From: Octopus sinensis
Taxonomy: Eukaryota
Length of the DNA stretch: 64,000 nt
Reading direction: 5' to 3'
NCBI RefSeq assembly: GCF_006345805.1
Contig: NC_043002.1
Coordinates: 90,334,001-90,398,000, forward strand
Shown: one piece after another, positions 25,724-37,650 of the stretch
How the letters are laid out: each line of letters begins with the position of its first letter
How positions within the stretch are numbered: the first letter of the stretch is position 1
Translations under genes and position numbers: made by a program
Notes under the pieces: model-generated
What the model saw: only the letters and a program-made list of their open reading frames with translations
The model's database searches: none
Told to the model about the DNA's origin: nothing

Positions 25724-25726
<3 letters not shown>
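25221..25726 (-). mobile_element. Non-autonomous Helitron
   Basis: Minus strand: A|TCTTTATATATAAAA ... CCCGAGCAACGCCGGG hairpin - CGATACTGCTAG|T (5' TC, 3' CTAG, AT target, no TSD). Confidence 0.85.
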
Positions 25727-25795
<69 letters not shown>

Positions 25796-25914
25796 ATATA
25801 TATACATATATATACACATATATATATATTCTTTTACATGTTTCAATCATTTGGCTATGGCCATGCTGGAGCACTGCTTTATATTTACATATATATATAT
25901 ATATATTATCATCA

Positions 25915-26100
25915 TCATCATCATCATTGTTTAACGTCCGCTTTCCATGCTAGCATGGGTTGGACAGTTCGACTGGAGTCTGGAAAGCCAGGAGGCTGCA
26001 CCAGGCCCAGTCTGATCTGGCAGTGTTTCTACAGCTGGATGCCCTTCCTAATGCCAACCACTCTGTGAGTGTAGTGGGTGCTTTTTATGTGCCACCATTG
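25915..26100 (-). mobile_element. Family C RTE-tailed repeat, 3' part
   Basis: (CAT)n TGTTTAACGTCCGCTTTCCATGC...CAGCTGGATGCCCTTCCTAATGCC. Confidence 0.8.
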
Positions 26101-26149
26101 GCATCTTTTTGTCTCGGGAGACAATGGAGTTGTGCATAAAATAATCTAG

Positions 26150-26900
26150 TCCGGCTTTTACATTTCATGTCCTAATACATCTCCTGCTGTGGCTGTGTAG
26201 TCCTGTCCTGGACAAACACTCCCTCTGGCAGGTGCCGCATATTAAGCAAAGACTTTGCCTGGCTGGTTGTAATGTCATAGCTTCTTGTTGACGTCTTTTC
26301 TTGTCTTTCCATTTCTCCTCTCTCTCTCTCTGTCACTCCTTTGTGTTCCCTCTTTTACGGTACGTTGTCAAACTCCACGGTTGCTGGCAACTGCTTCCCA
26401 GTTGCTAATATTGATGTTGTAGGCCTTCATGTCCCTTTTGCAAACATCCTTTAGAAACTGATAGTCTGGTGTTCACATAACAATAGTAGTCCTTTGAAGC
26501 TGATAGCATATAATCATGGTTTCAATTCAGGAGGTATTGGCTTGTTTGAACACACCAGTGTTCTATCCTCTCACTGGATGTGCATGGTTTACCACAGATA
26601 TCTCTGGTGGTATAAGTTTAAGCTTATAGTGGTGTTGTCTATAACTTGTCCAGATTCCAGAGCCATATAAGAGAGAAGGTACAACAATTGCCTTATACGC
26701 TATATGTTTACTTGTTTGTTTGAAATCATGACCTTCATATACACATCTTCTCAGATGTCCAAGGGTTACATTGGTACATTTTATTCAGTATTTGATTTCC
26801 TTAGCAGTATCAGCGTCTTGATAGATTGTTGCTCAGATATTGCAAGTGCCATCTGTCCATTTACCTGAATGACCAGACAGATTCACTGTTTCTTAGGTAA
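26150..26900 (-). mobile_element. Degraded RTE-BovB-like LINE 3' region
   Basis: Minus strand LKDVCKRDMKAYNINISNWEAVASNRGV*QRTVKEG, matching the RTE RYKDVCKRDMK...WE..A..R..W motif. Confidence 0.75.
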
Positions 26901-27057
26901 CTGTTGATGTAACAGCATAAAATTGTGTGTTAGTGTGTGCATGCATGCACATGTAAGTACGTATGTATTTAAAACAAATCAGGACTCATTGACTAGAGGC
27001 TTACTGATAATTGTTTTAGTTCAGTATTTATTGTAGAAGTAGTTTAGCTAATTAATT

Positions 27058-27105
<48 letters not shown>

Positions 27106-27129
27106 AGCCTGTTTACGTTGGTCATGTCT

Positions 27130-27510
27130 GTAATCATGTAGTAAAAAGCTTGCTTCCCAATCACATGGTTTCAGGTTAAGTCCTGCTGTTTGGCACCTTG
27201 GACAAGTGTCTTCTGCCAAAGCACTCCATGCTGACCAAGGCCTTATAACTGAATGAATTTTGTCTTATGCGTATATGTGTGTGTGTATGATTTTGTCTGT
27301 GATTTTGCATATGTTTGTGTGTGTGTGTGTGTCTGTCTGTCTGTCTCTATCACCACTTGATAGTTTGTTTACATTGCTGTAATTTAGCAATTTGGTAAAA
27401 ATGACCAATAGAACAACTACAAAACTGTTTTTAAAAAAGACACATAAGTCCTGGGGTCAATTTGTTGGACTAAAACCCTTCAGGGTGGCACCCCAGCTTG
27501 GCCAAGTAAA
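27130..27510 (+). mobile_element. SINE family A, diverged copy
   Basis: TAGTAAAAAGCTTGCTTCCCAATCACATGG head, CCTTGGACAAGTGTCTTC core. Confidence 0.8.
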
Positions 27511-28549
27511 AGATAAAAAGTAGTAGAGATGTGTTCCTCTCTATCACTAGGAAAAGTAGCAACATTTATTGCTTCACAGAAATAGAGACAGATGATATTC
27601 TTGTGTACATTATTGAAGTAGTATTTCAGTTAAATCAAATATATCCAGTTTTATTGGATTGCTTTCTCTGTGTTAATTACTTTGAACTATTTTAAATCAA
27701 TTTTTCCCTCTGCTACTGAGAATCATCAGAGTAATGGAAATATAAATAAAAAATATAAAATAAATGAATACAGAATTAACTGAGGTCAACAGAAAATTAA
27801 GCTGTCACAAACGTTTTCTAGTTTTCAAATGAAAAAAAAATGGAGAAAAAAACCCCCTTTGAATGAACCAAAATAGAAAAAAAAACCTTCAAAAGAATCA
27901 AAAGAAAATATAGAATGAAAACAAAGCATCCAAAAAGAATCGGCAATGGCAGTAGTTGTGGTTTGACAGTAGAACTCTTTAATAAAGGAGATTTGATTAA
28001 ATCTTTACCTATTTCCAGTATTTGAGACCAGAGAAAGTCAATTTGTATATTAGGAAAGCTGTTAGTTGTAAATCCCATTTAGAAGACAAAAGTTGGTTTA
28101 ATCAGCTTTGGCTGTTGTATTTATTATTGCTGAGAGAGGAGTAGCTAGAGACTTAATCTAAGTTTCCTAGTTTTGTGATTTATATTTGTCTGTGACTTTA
28201 TTATGTTTTCGTATTGCCCCATCCTCATCCTCCTCGTCCTCATCACTGTCATTGTCATCATCATCAACATCACCACCACTTATAGCTCTACCTTCACCAT
28301 TCTTTTAACCCTTTAGCCTTTAAATTGGCCATATCTTGCCAAAATATTCTACCTGTTTTGTTAAAACTGACCTGATCTGACCTCTCACACTAACCCTACA
28401 ATATCATTCTAAAAATTAACAGCTGCCTCATCCAAAATCTCAAAGCTACAAAATAATGCATGACTAATTCAAAATGATGAGAATAGATAAGCATTTTATT
28501 TAACAGAACAATGTGAATGCTAAGGGGTTAATATATATGTGCTAACTGA

Positions 28550-29105
28550 CTGTAGCTGATGCCAGCGCCACCCTGACTGGCTTCTGTGCCGGTGGCACGT
28601 AAAAAGCACCATCCGAACGTGACCAATGCCAGTGCCGCCTTGACTGGCTTCCATGCCGGTGGCACGTAAAAAGCACCATCCAAACATGACTGATGCCAGT
28701 ACCGCCTTGACTGGCTTCCGTGCTGGTGGCACATAAAAAGCACCATCCAAACGTGGCCGATGCCAGTGCCGCCTTGACTGGCTTCCGTGCTGGTGTCACG
28801 TAAAAAGCACCTTCCGAACGTGGCCGATGCCAGCGCTGCCCTGACTGGCTTCTGTGCCGGTGACACGTAAAAAGCACCAATCTGATCATGGCCATTGCCA
28901 GCCTCGCCTGGCACCTGTGCCGGTGGCATGTAAAAAGCACCCACTACACTTATGGTGTGGTTGGCGTTAGGAAGGGCATCCAGCTGTAGAAACACTGCCA
29001 GATCAGACTAGAGCCTGGTGCAGCCTTCTGGCTTCCCAGATCCCCATCTAACCGTCCAACCCATGCCGGCATGGAAAACGGATGTTAAACGATGATGATG
29101 ATGAC
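28550..29105 (+). mobile_element. Family C element with five tandem 67-bp internal units
   Basis: ATGCCAG unit starts at 28559, 28626, 28693, 28760, 28827; ends GGATGTTAAACGATGATGATG. Confidence 0.88.
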
Positions 29106-29149
29106 TGACTGGCTTTTTTCTACATGTCTTGTTTTGCAGTTATTTTATT

Positions 29150-29975
29150 CTATTATTCTTTTACTTGTTTCAGTTATTTGACTGCGACAATGCTGGAGCA
29201 CCACCTTAAAGGGTGTTAATCAAACAAATTGACCCCAGGACTTATATCTTAAAGCCTAGTACTTATTCTATCAGTTTCTTTTGCTGAATTGCTAAGTTGC
29301 AGAGATCTAAATGCACTAATTGTCAAACAATGATGGGGGGAGGGGGAAAACACAGACACAAAGACATCCCCCCTCACACACACACACACAATGGGTTTCT
29401 GTCTCTCTCATACACACACACACAATGGGTTTCTTTCAGTTTCTATCGACCAAATCCACTCATAAAGCTTTGGTTGGCTTGAGGCTATAGTAGAAGATAC
29501 TTGCTCAAGGTGTCATGCTATGGTGGTGGAAGCACTCCGTTGGTTACGACGATGAGGGTTCCGGTTGATCCGATCAACGGAACAGCCTGCTCGTGAAATT
29601 AACGTGTAAGTGGCTGAGCACTCCACAGACACGTGTACCCTTAACGTAGTTCTCGGGGATATTCAGTGTGACACAGAGAGTGACAAGGCCGGCCCTTTGA
29701 AATACAGGTACAACAGAAACAGGAAGTAAGAGTGAGAGAAAGTTGTGGTGAAAGAGTACAGCAGGGATCACCACCATCCCTGCCGAAGCCTCGTGGAGCT
29801 TTAGGTGTTTTCGCTCAATAAACACTCACAACGCCTGGTCTGGGAATCGAAATCGCGATCCTACGACCGCGAGTCCGCTGCCCTAACCACTGGGCCATTG
29901 CGCCTCCACTTCATGCTATGGTACTGAACCTGGAACCATGTGGTTGGGAAGCAAGTGTCTTAGCACACAGCCACC
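29150..29975 (-). mobile_element. SINE family A copy interrupted by a family D SINE
   Basis: 12-bp TSD TCATGCTATGGT at 29513-29524 and 29911-29922. Confidence 0.82.
29525..29910 (-). mobile_element. tRNA-derived SINE family D, full length
   Basis: Minus strand GGAGGCGCAATGGCCCAGTGGTTAGGGC (A box), GATTTCGATTCCC (B box); flanked by TSD. Confidence 0.88.
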
Positions 29976-30169
29976 AAGTTTTCTCAAGTCTGACCAGACT
30001 CTTTACAACATACGTTTTCTTTCACAAAGCTCACAGAGTCTTTCTGCTCTCTGATAGGAAAACCTGCTTGTTTGTTGGTCAGTTGTTAGCCATGACTTCA
30101 TGTGCCCTTTTTTTAAATCCTGGGCCTCATGGTATGACATAGTCATCACTCACACTTGTTAGTCACTTA

Positions 30170-30387
30170 CTCTTTTACTCTTTTACTTGTTTCAGTCATT
30201 TGACTGCAGCCCATGCTGGAGCATTGCCTTTAGACGTTCAAATCGACCCCAGGACTTATTCTTTGTAAGCCTAGTCCTTATTCTATCAGTCTCTTTTGCC
30301 AAACCACTAAGTTACGAGGACGTAAACACGCCAGCATCGGTTGTCAAGCGATGTTGGGGGGGGGGACAAACATAGACACACAAACAT

Positions 30388-30436
<49 letters not shown>

Positions 30437-30588
30437 TTCGACAGGCTTCTTTCAGTTTCCATTTACCAAATCCACTCACAAGGCTTTGGTCGGCCCGAGG
30501 CTATAATTCAAGACACTTGCCCAAGGTGCCACACAGTGGGACTGAACCCGAAACCATGTGGTTGGTAAGCAAGCTACTTACCACACAA
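30170..30588 (-). mobile_element. SINE family A, near full length
   Basis: Standard family A sequence. Confidence 0.9.
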
Positions 30589-31432
30589 GTTAAATTCTTT
30601 ATAACAGAATTTAACTCTTACTACAAGTGGGCCATGAGGCTTTCAGCTGCCAATGATGTCAACTACTCCTATGTATTTTGATCAAACTTTCACCACTTCT
30701 TCGGTTAATCTGCATCATTGACCACACTGCACTGTTGACTTTCTAACTATATTCTATGCAAGACCATTCAATGCTGTTGCCTATTTGTAATTCCTGTTGT
30801 CGCTCTGTGCCATTGTTATAACCATGTGCACTGGCCTTTGTCCCTGCTATTTGTCATTATATTCTGCAGTGACAGTTAGCTCATTACCATTTAGCACTTC
30901 CCATGGGTATCTTCTGATCATGAATAGTGTGGTTACTACAAGAACTATATTGAACAATAGGGGCTTGAGCACAGTAACTTTAAATTTATTCCTTGAATGA
31001 GTTCTTCACTCATTAATCCATTAAGTAGCTCAGTGAGGAGCTCCTTAATGGAATAACTAATTATTGTTTTATTATTTTCTTGTTGAAATATTTACATATT
31101 TCAAATTATGAAACAATGTCAACTCGTGAATAGATAATCCCTACATTTTGACTAGCAAATTTAAACAATATATTTGTATTACTATTTTAATTGGAGGATT
31201 TAAATGACACATACTTAAAAAAATGTAAAAATGAACATAAAACAGAAATATATAGAGATTATAGCTGAGAAAATGTGATTATTGGCTAATATAAAGTATA
31301 GAATGATTGGAGAATATTCGCAAATACTCAGAAAAAGTATTATGCTGAAGAAATATCAGATTTGTTAGAGGTTTTTAACCAGAGGAAATATTGGAACTGA
31401 ATAGAATATTAATGGGAAAACTATACATCATG

Positions 31433-31711
31433 TAGCAAAACTAACAGAAATATTGGAAGAACTTTATATATTACATAGCAAAATTAACAGAAATATTGGA
31501 AGAACTTTATATATTACATAGCAAAATTAACAGAAATATTGGAAGAACTTTATATATTACATAGCAAAATTAACAGAAATATTGGAAGAACTTTATATAT
31601 TACATAGCAAAATTAACAGAAATATTGGAAGAACTTTATATATTACATAGCAAAATTAACAGAAATATTGGAAGAACTTTATATATTACATAGCAAAATT
31701 AACAGAAATAT
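31433..31711. repeat. 43-bp minisatellite, about 6.5 copies
   Basis: Unit TAGCAAAATTAACAGAAATATTGGAAGAACTTTATATATTACA, near identical with no spacers. Confidence 0.95.
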
Positions 31712-32024
31712 GGATAGCTTGCAAAATTTATCTTGGACTCTTTTCTTTTTGGTGATAGCTTTTATTCAATCTTGTAAGCCTGCAATCTTTGAAAAAAGCC
31801 ACAGATTATCTCTATCTCACTATATTTGTGACTGGGTATGAAAACCATTTTGTGGGTGGGCTATGTATGGTGAATGGTAGCGACAATCTCAGTATTTTCT
31901 TTGCTTTCATCTGTTATCTACAACACACTTGTGTTGAGGACTTTGGTAGGCTCATCACATATCCTTTTAATTATAGGATATTTTGGGTATTGATCCATAA
32001 TTATGCCCTTCAGGAGCATAGACA

Positions 32025-32410
32025 TGACTGTGTTGTTTAGAAGCTCACTTTGAAACGATGTAATTTTGGGTTCCGTTCCATGGTGTGGTACCTTGGTCAA
32101 ATGTCTTCTATTAAAGCCCGGAGCTGACCAATGCCTCATGAGTGAATTTCATTGGCAGAAACTGCGTGTATATATATATATGTGTGTGTCTTTGTGTTGT
32201 GTTTGCCTTCCACCAATGTTTGACAACTGGTGTTGGTTTGTTTAAGTCCTCATAACTTAGCAGCTTGGCATAAAATGTCGATAGAATAATACCAGACTTC
32301 AAAAAACAAAATGTGTACTGGGGTCATTTGTTCAACTTAAACTATTAAGGCAGTGCTCCAGCATAGCCAGAATCCAACAACTGAAAGAAGTGAACAGCTT
32401 AGATATAAGA
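32025..32410 (+). mobile_element. SINE family A, diverged copy
   Basis: GACTGTGTTGTTTAGAAGCTC head, CCTTGGTCAAATGTCTTC core. Confidence 0.75.
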
Positions 32411-32689
32411 TTCAAAGCTAACACTACTTGGGGTCACTGCTCCTCAGTGTTGAGGATCTTGGGACTTAAGCCCTTTTCCACCCTTAAAATACAAGTAGCT
32501 CTCAGAATATTTTTTTGTTCATTATTCTCTATTATAGTCTCTTGTCTAAAAAAAAAAAAAACTTCTAGGAGACATCAGTTTCTTGAATTGACCTCAAAAC
32601 ATGACTACATTACATATATTTTTATTGGCTTCTGGTCATTGACTGGCAAAGATTATGAATAAACAGGATTTGACCTTGAAGCTAAAGCT

Positions 32690-33025
32690 TTTAGCTTTAA
32701 CTTTAGGTCATCTTATGCTGCTCAGTGCATTGGGCAACAAACTTCCCCCACTGGGTTCACATCCACTTCATGTAATGTTGATTGTCTTCGGGTCAGTTTC
32801 AAATGTGTGCCACCTTGTGATCTTTGACCTAACCCTTTTATGTATGCTGAAGGGAGGTACCCACGTCAGGACTTTTTTTGAGTGTTGTTGACTGAGTCTA
32901 CAGAGAATGTCACCAGCCACATGAAATTGGTGCTCTGCTACGATCTCTTGCAGTGGTTGTGACCTTACTCCATTCAGAATCTCCTCATTTGTGACATGGT
33001 CCTGCCAGCTGACCTTCAGCGCTAA
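32690..33025 (-). mobile_element. Degraded RTE LINE C-terminal remnant
   Basis: Minus strand LKVSWQDHVTNEEILNGVRSQPLQEIV...VLTWVPP, cf. RTE .WQDHITNEEVL motif. Confidence 0.7.
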
Positions 33026-33560
33026 ACTAAAGCAATAAACTAGATAACTTATAGCTTCAAATCTTATTTCAGGGTTTAACCCACTTTGCTGCCCTTCAGA
33101 AGATCACTATGGAAGCAGCACCATGAAGCCAAAATATATTTTGAGTGAAACTGTTTGGTAGAAGAACGCAAATATTATTCACTAGTTGTCTGAAAACATG
33201 TCAGAAAGCTGTATGAGGTGCAGTGTGGGAGTAAAGCATTATTTGCAATAGTTTGTAATGAAAGAACATGTCTAGATTACAGATGTCTGATAGATTTAGT
33301 TGTACAGTGAGTTAGTGTGAGTTGTAAGTGTAAATGTTAGTGAAATGTCAAAATGGAGACATCAATAAAATGTAAGAATTATTTTTCATAACAAACATTG
33401 AACGCTGTTTGTAAAAGCTATTTGTCCACTAAGATATACAAATAAATAACATACATAGATGCATGCACGCATACATAAACTTACAACTTGTATACATGCC
33501 TACATGTGTATACATATATGCATTCATACTAGCATGTGTGTGTATGTATTGTATATATGA

Positions 33561-33631
<71 letters not shown>

Positions 33632-33639
33632 TATATTAT

Positions 33640-33715
<76 letters not shown>

Positions 33716-34339
33716 GGCTATGGCCTAGTAGTGTAAACCAGGTAGTTCATAATGCAGTGTAAATAACAGAGTCCAAGACTATTGAAAAGGTTGCAAGACG
33801 CAACGAAAATTTTAGGAAAATAAAAATAATAAATAAGTGGAAATTTTACCGGTGAGTGTGTTAAATAATAAGGCACAAAAAGAAAATGAGTCTCCCCAGA
33901 CACATATATATATATATAGATATATATTTTTGATAAACAGATTGGAATATATTTAGGCACTTAAACTATTCTGCGATCACTTTGACATCTGACACTTACA
34001 CTGTGCACCTGTTCAGGCAACATCGATTTGATGGAGGGAGTGAGTTAATGTATGGCATATACATTTGTTTACTATAAACAAATCAATTGTGTAGGTCATT
34101 TGGTAAAAGCTGAACACTCTTACATCATTTTCAACAGAAGAGTCCATCACATATCTATATGAGGTGTGTTCAAAAAGTATTTAAATTTATTTTTCCTGTC
34201 AAAATTAATGCCGTGTGGGTAAAATCCTTTGGGTGAGAGGTGGCACCACCCATCCAGTGCAAGTGGGAATCTCTCTTGATAAACTCCATCTGACCCATGC
34301 AGGCATAGAAAAGTGGATGTTAAAATGAATGAAACGATA

Positions 34340-34536
34340 ATCTTTTATCTTTTACTTGTTTCAGTCATTAGACTGCGGTCATGTTTGTGCACTGCTTTGA
34401 AGAACTTTTGGTCGAATTTATCTACCCCAATACTTTTTTAAGCCTGATACTTATTCTATCGTTCTCTCTTGCCAAACTGCTAAGTTGCAGGTAAATAAAC
34501 ACATCACCACCAGTTGACAAATGGTGATGGGGAGAT

Positions 34537-34591
<55 letters not shown>

Positions 34592-34700
34592 TATATATGT
34601 ATACATATCTATGACAGCTTTGGTTGGCCTGAGGCTATAGTAGAAGACTGTTGCCCAAGGTGCCATGCAGTGGGACTGAACCCAGAACCATCACACAGCC
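34340..34700 (-). mobile_element. SINE family A, diverged and internally deleted
   Basis: TTTTACTTGTTTCAGTCATTAGACTGCGG tail; GAGGCTATAGTAGAAGAC..GGGACTGAACCC head. Confidence 0.8.
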
Positions 34701-35624
34701 AATGATGATGAGGGTATATGCACACCCAGTCCTAACCATAGTAAAGGATATATGATATAATTATACCTTTTGTGCCTTAAGCGTAATCACTGTTATAATG
34801 ATGGTTTCTCTCTTTCTCATCCCTCTCTTTCTCATCCCTCTCTTTCACCTTCTCTCTAACACACACACATACATACACACATATACACACATATATCTCC
34901 ATTTGTGAAATTATATTTTGATGAGCTGTTGTTAAACTTAATTTTTTTTTATTTCAAATCTCAGGGAGACTGCCTTTAATTTTTATTCCTTCAGGGTAAA
35001 TAAAACGAAGACAATCTTTCCCTGGTTATATCCCGCCTTTATCGCTCCAGAAATGTTCTTTTCTGAAAACCAAATGGATCAATGCTTAATCTTATGTTGC
35101 TAATAGAATTGATGAAAAAAGGAAAAGCACCCTTAGAAACAAATAAAAAAAGATCTATTAGAGGAAACTATATGTACATACACATAAGCATGCATCCATA
35201 CACACACACATACTTACACATACATAAACATAAAGAAGAAAACAGTTTCATACATATTAGATTAATTATGTTTATTCTAAACCTCGTTATTGGAAATCCC
35301 TTTTGTTTCTTTTTTTCCTCATTCATTTTTTTTTTTTTCTATGATTCCTTCTTGTTAGCAACATAATACCGAAAAGGACTTCCCTCAGAATATAAAAGAA
35401 AAAAAAATTTTCCCAGAGCAACACATGATTCCAGCAAAGTTTTAGTTAGTGCTTAGCTGAAGAACTCATAGACAAACAATACAGTTTCAGCTTCCTCTCT
35501 CACATATGGCTTCTATTTCTAACTCAGTTTTTCGCTCTCTTCCTTTCCCTTATTTTCGGTTTTTGTTTTACCATTTCTCGGCTGTCTTTTGTTTCCATTT
35601 GCACTTCTTTTCTTTTCAAACCAC

Positions 35625-35704
<80 letters not shown>

Positions 35705-35961
35705 TCCTTCACCCCTCTCACTTTTTGTATATTCTTTTACATGTTTCAGTCATTTGACTGCAGCCATCCTGGAGCAGTGCTTCGAAGGGTTTTAGTCAAA
35801 CAAATCAACCCCCAAGATTTATTTCTTAAGCCTAGTACTTATTATATCGGTATCTTTTGCTGAACCACTAAGTTATGGGGACATAAACACACCAACACTG
35901 ATTGTCAAGCAGTGATGGGGGGGACAAACACAAATACACACACAGATATATAGGTATATAT

Positions 35962-36180
35962 ATAACAGAAAGGTTTACGAAAATAAACAAAAGACGAAGG
36001 CAGGTGGAGTACAAACAAACAAATGTATTAATATAGCACTCAGGAATAGAAATAGAAAAAGTCTTTTACGTTTCGAGCCTACGCTCTTCGACAGAAAGAT
36101 ACACAGAAAAAAACAAGGAGAGAAACAAGGAGAGAAAAAAATGCGTGTAGGAGCTAATGATCTATCATGACATCCTGACT
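35962..36180 (-). mobile_element. Penelope-like repeat carrying a hammerhead motif
   Basis: Contains ACGTTTCGAGCCTACGCTCTTCGACAG, the antisense of the ...GAAGAGC..GCTCGAAACG signature typical of PLE pLTRs. Confidence 0.6.
36062..36099 (-). ncRNA. Minimal type-I hammerhead ribozyme motif
   Basis: Minus strand TCTTT-CTGTCGA-A-GAGC-GTAG-GCTC-GAAAC-GTA-AAAGA; perfect stems I and II, palindromic ACGT stem III, A6>U deviation. Confidence 0.65.
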
Positions 36181-37234
36181 TTGGACAGTGGTCAGCCGCG
36201 AGAAGGTCAGTAGAGGAGATAACAGGGTCAAGTGACTTCCAAAACGAAGGTGCCCCCCAACACAAAGGTGCGTGCATGTATAAGAGAGTATGTATGTGTG
36301 TGTGAAAGAGGGCTGGTGGTCTGGATGCGTGTGTGTATGTATGTGTGGGTGTGTGGGTGGTGTGTTGTGATGTGATATGTGTATGTATGTGTAGGTGTAA
36401 AGATGTGGGGATGGGTGTTTGGGTGGTGTGCTGTGGGTGGTGTGTTGTGATGTGATGTGTAATGTTGTATGGTGTAGTGTAGTGTGGTGTGATGTTGTGG
36501 GGAGGTGGGGGAGGCGAGAGTGGGGAAAGCACGGGTGGGGTGTGGGTTCGGCTGGGAGTTGGGCTAGAGTGGGGGTTGTGGGTAGGTAGAGGGTGGGGTT
36601 AGAGGTGAGGTATGTGGGTGAGGGGTATGGGATATGGGTGAGGTATGTGGGGGAGAAGTGTGGGATAGGGGTGAGGGGTGTAGGTGTGTAGGGGAGTGTG
36701 TGGGGGTAGAGTGGGGGAAGGGGTGGGAAGGATAGGGAAGGTGGAGTAGGGGTGGGTGGGTTTATAGGGGGAGGGAAGGTGGGTATATGAGGAGCGAGAG
36801 GAAGAGAGGAGAGAAGAGAGGGGACGGGGGATGGGGAGAGTAAGAGGGGGAGAGAAGAGGGGGACGGGGGATGGGGAGAGTAAGAGGGGGAGAGAAGAGA
36901 GGGGAGTGGGAGGAGGGGAAGAGGAGCAGGAGGAGCAGAGGAGAGAGAGGGGAGGAGGAGGGATATATATATATACTCATATATGTATATACATATATAT
37001 ATATATATACATACATACATACATACATACATACACACTGCAGGCTTCTTTCGGTTTCAGTCTACAAAATCCACTCACAAGGCTTTGGTTGGCCCGGGGC
37101 TATAGTAGAAGATATATTTGCTCAAGGTACCATGCATTGGAAGTGAACCCAGGACCATGTGGTTGGGAAGCAATCTTTTTACCACACATCTACGCCTATG
37201 CATGTGGTGTGTGTGTGTGTGTGTGTATCTCTAT

Positions 37235-37650
37235 TCTTTTGTTCTCATTTTTTTACTTGCTTCAGTCACTGGACTGTGGCCATACTGAGGCCACCCCCTT
37301 GAAAGGTTGAGTGAAGCAAATTTGCACTAGTACTTCCTTTTTGACTCTGATGCTTATTCTATCAGTTTCTTTAGCTGAACCACTAAGTTGTAGGGATGCA
37401 AACAAACTAGCGTCATTTGTCAGGTGGCAGGGTGCACAATCACAAAAGCACACACACACACACACACAGATATATAGTTTCTGTCTACCAAATTCATTCA
37501 CAAAACATTGGTTGGCCTTGGTCTATAATAGAAGACACTTGCCCAAGGTACCATGCCCAAGGTACCATGCCCAAGGTACCATGCCCAAGGTACCATGCCC
37601 AAGGTACTCAAAACCACATGGTTGCAAAGTGAGCTTCTTAATGACACAGC
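37235..37650 (-). mobile_element. SINE family A with an internal 14-bp tandem repeat (GCCCAAGGTACCAT, about 5 copies, 37541-37606)
   Basis: Directly visible expansion of the CORE-like segment. Confidence 0.85.

Larger units (their letters stand above)
35730..37200 (-). mobile_element. SINE family A whose central microsatellite hosts an about 1-kb Penelope-like/G-rich insertion (35962-36962)
   Basis: Family A tail half at 35730-35945 and head half at 37035-37200 flank the insert. Confidence 0.75.
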
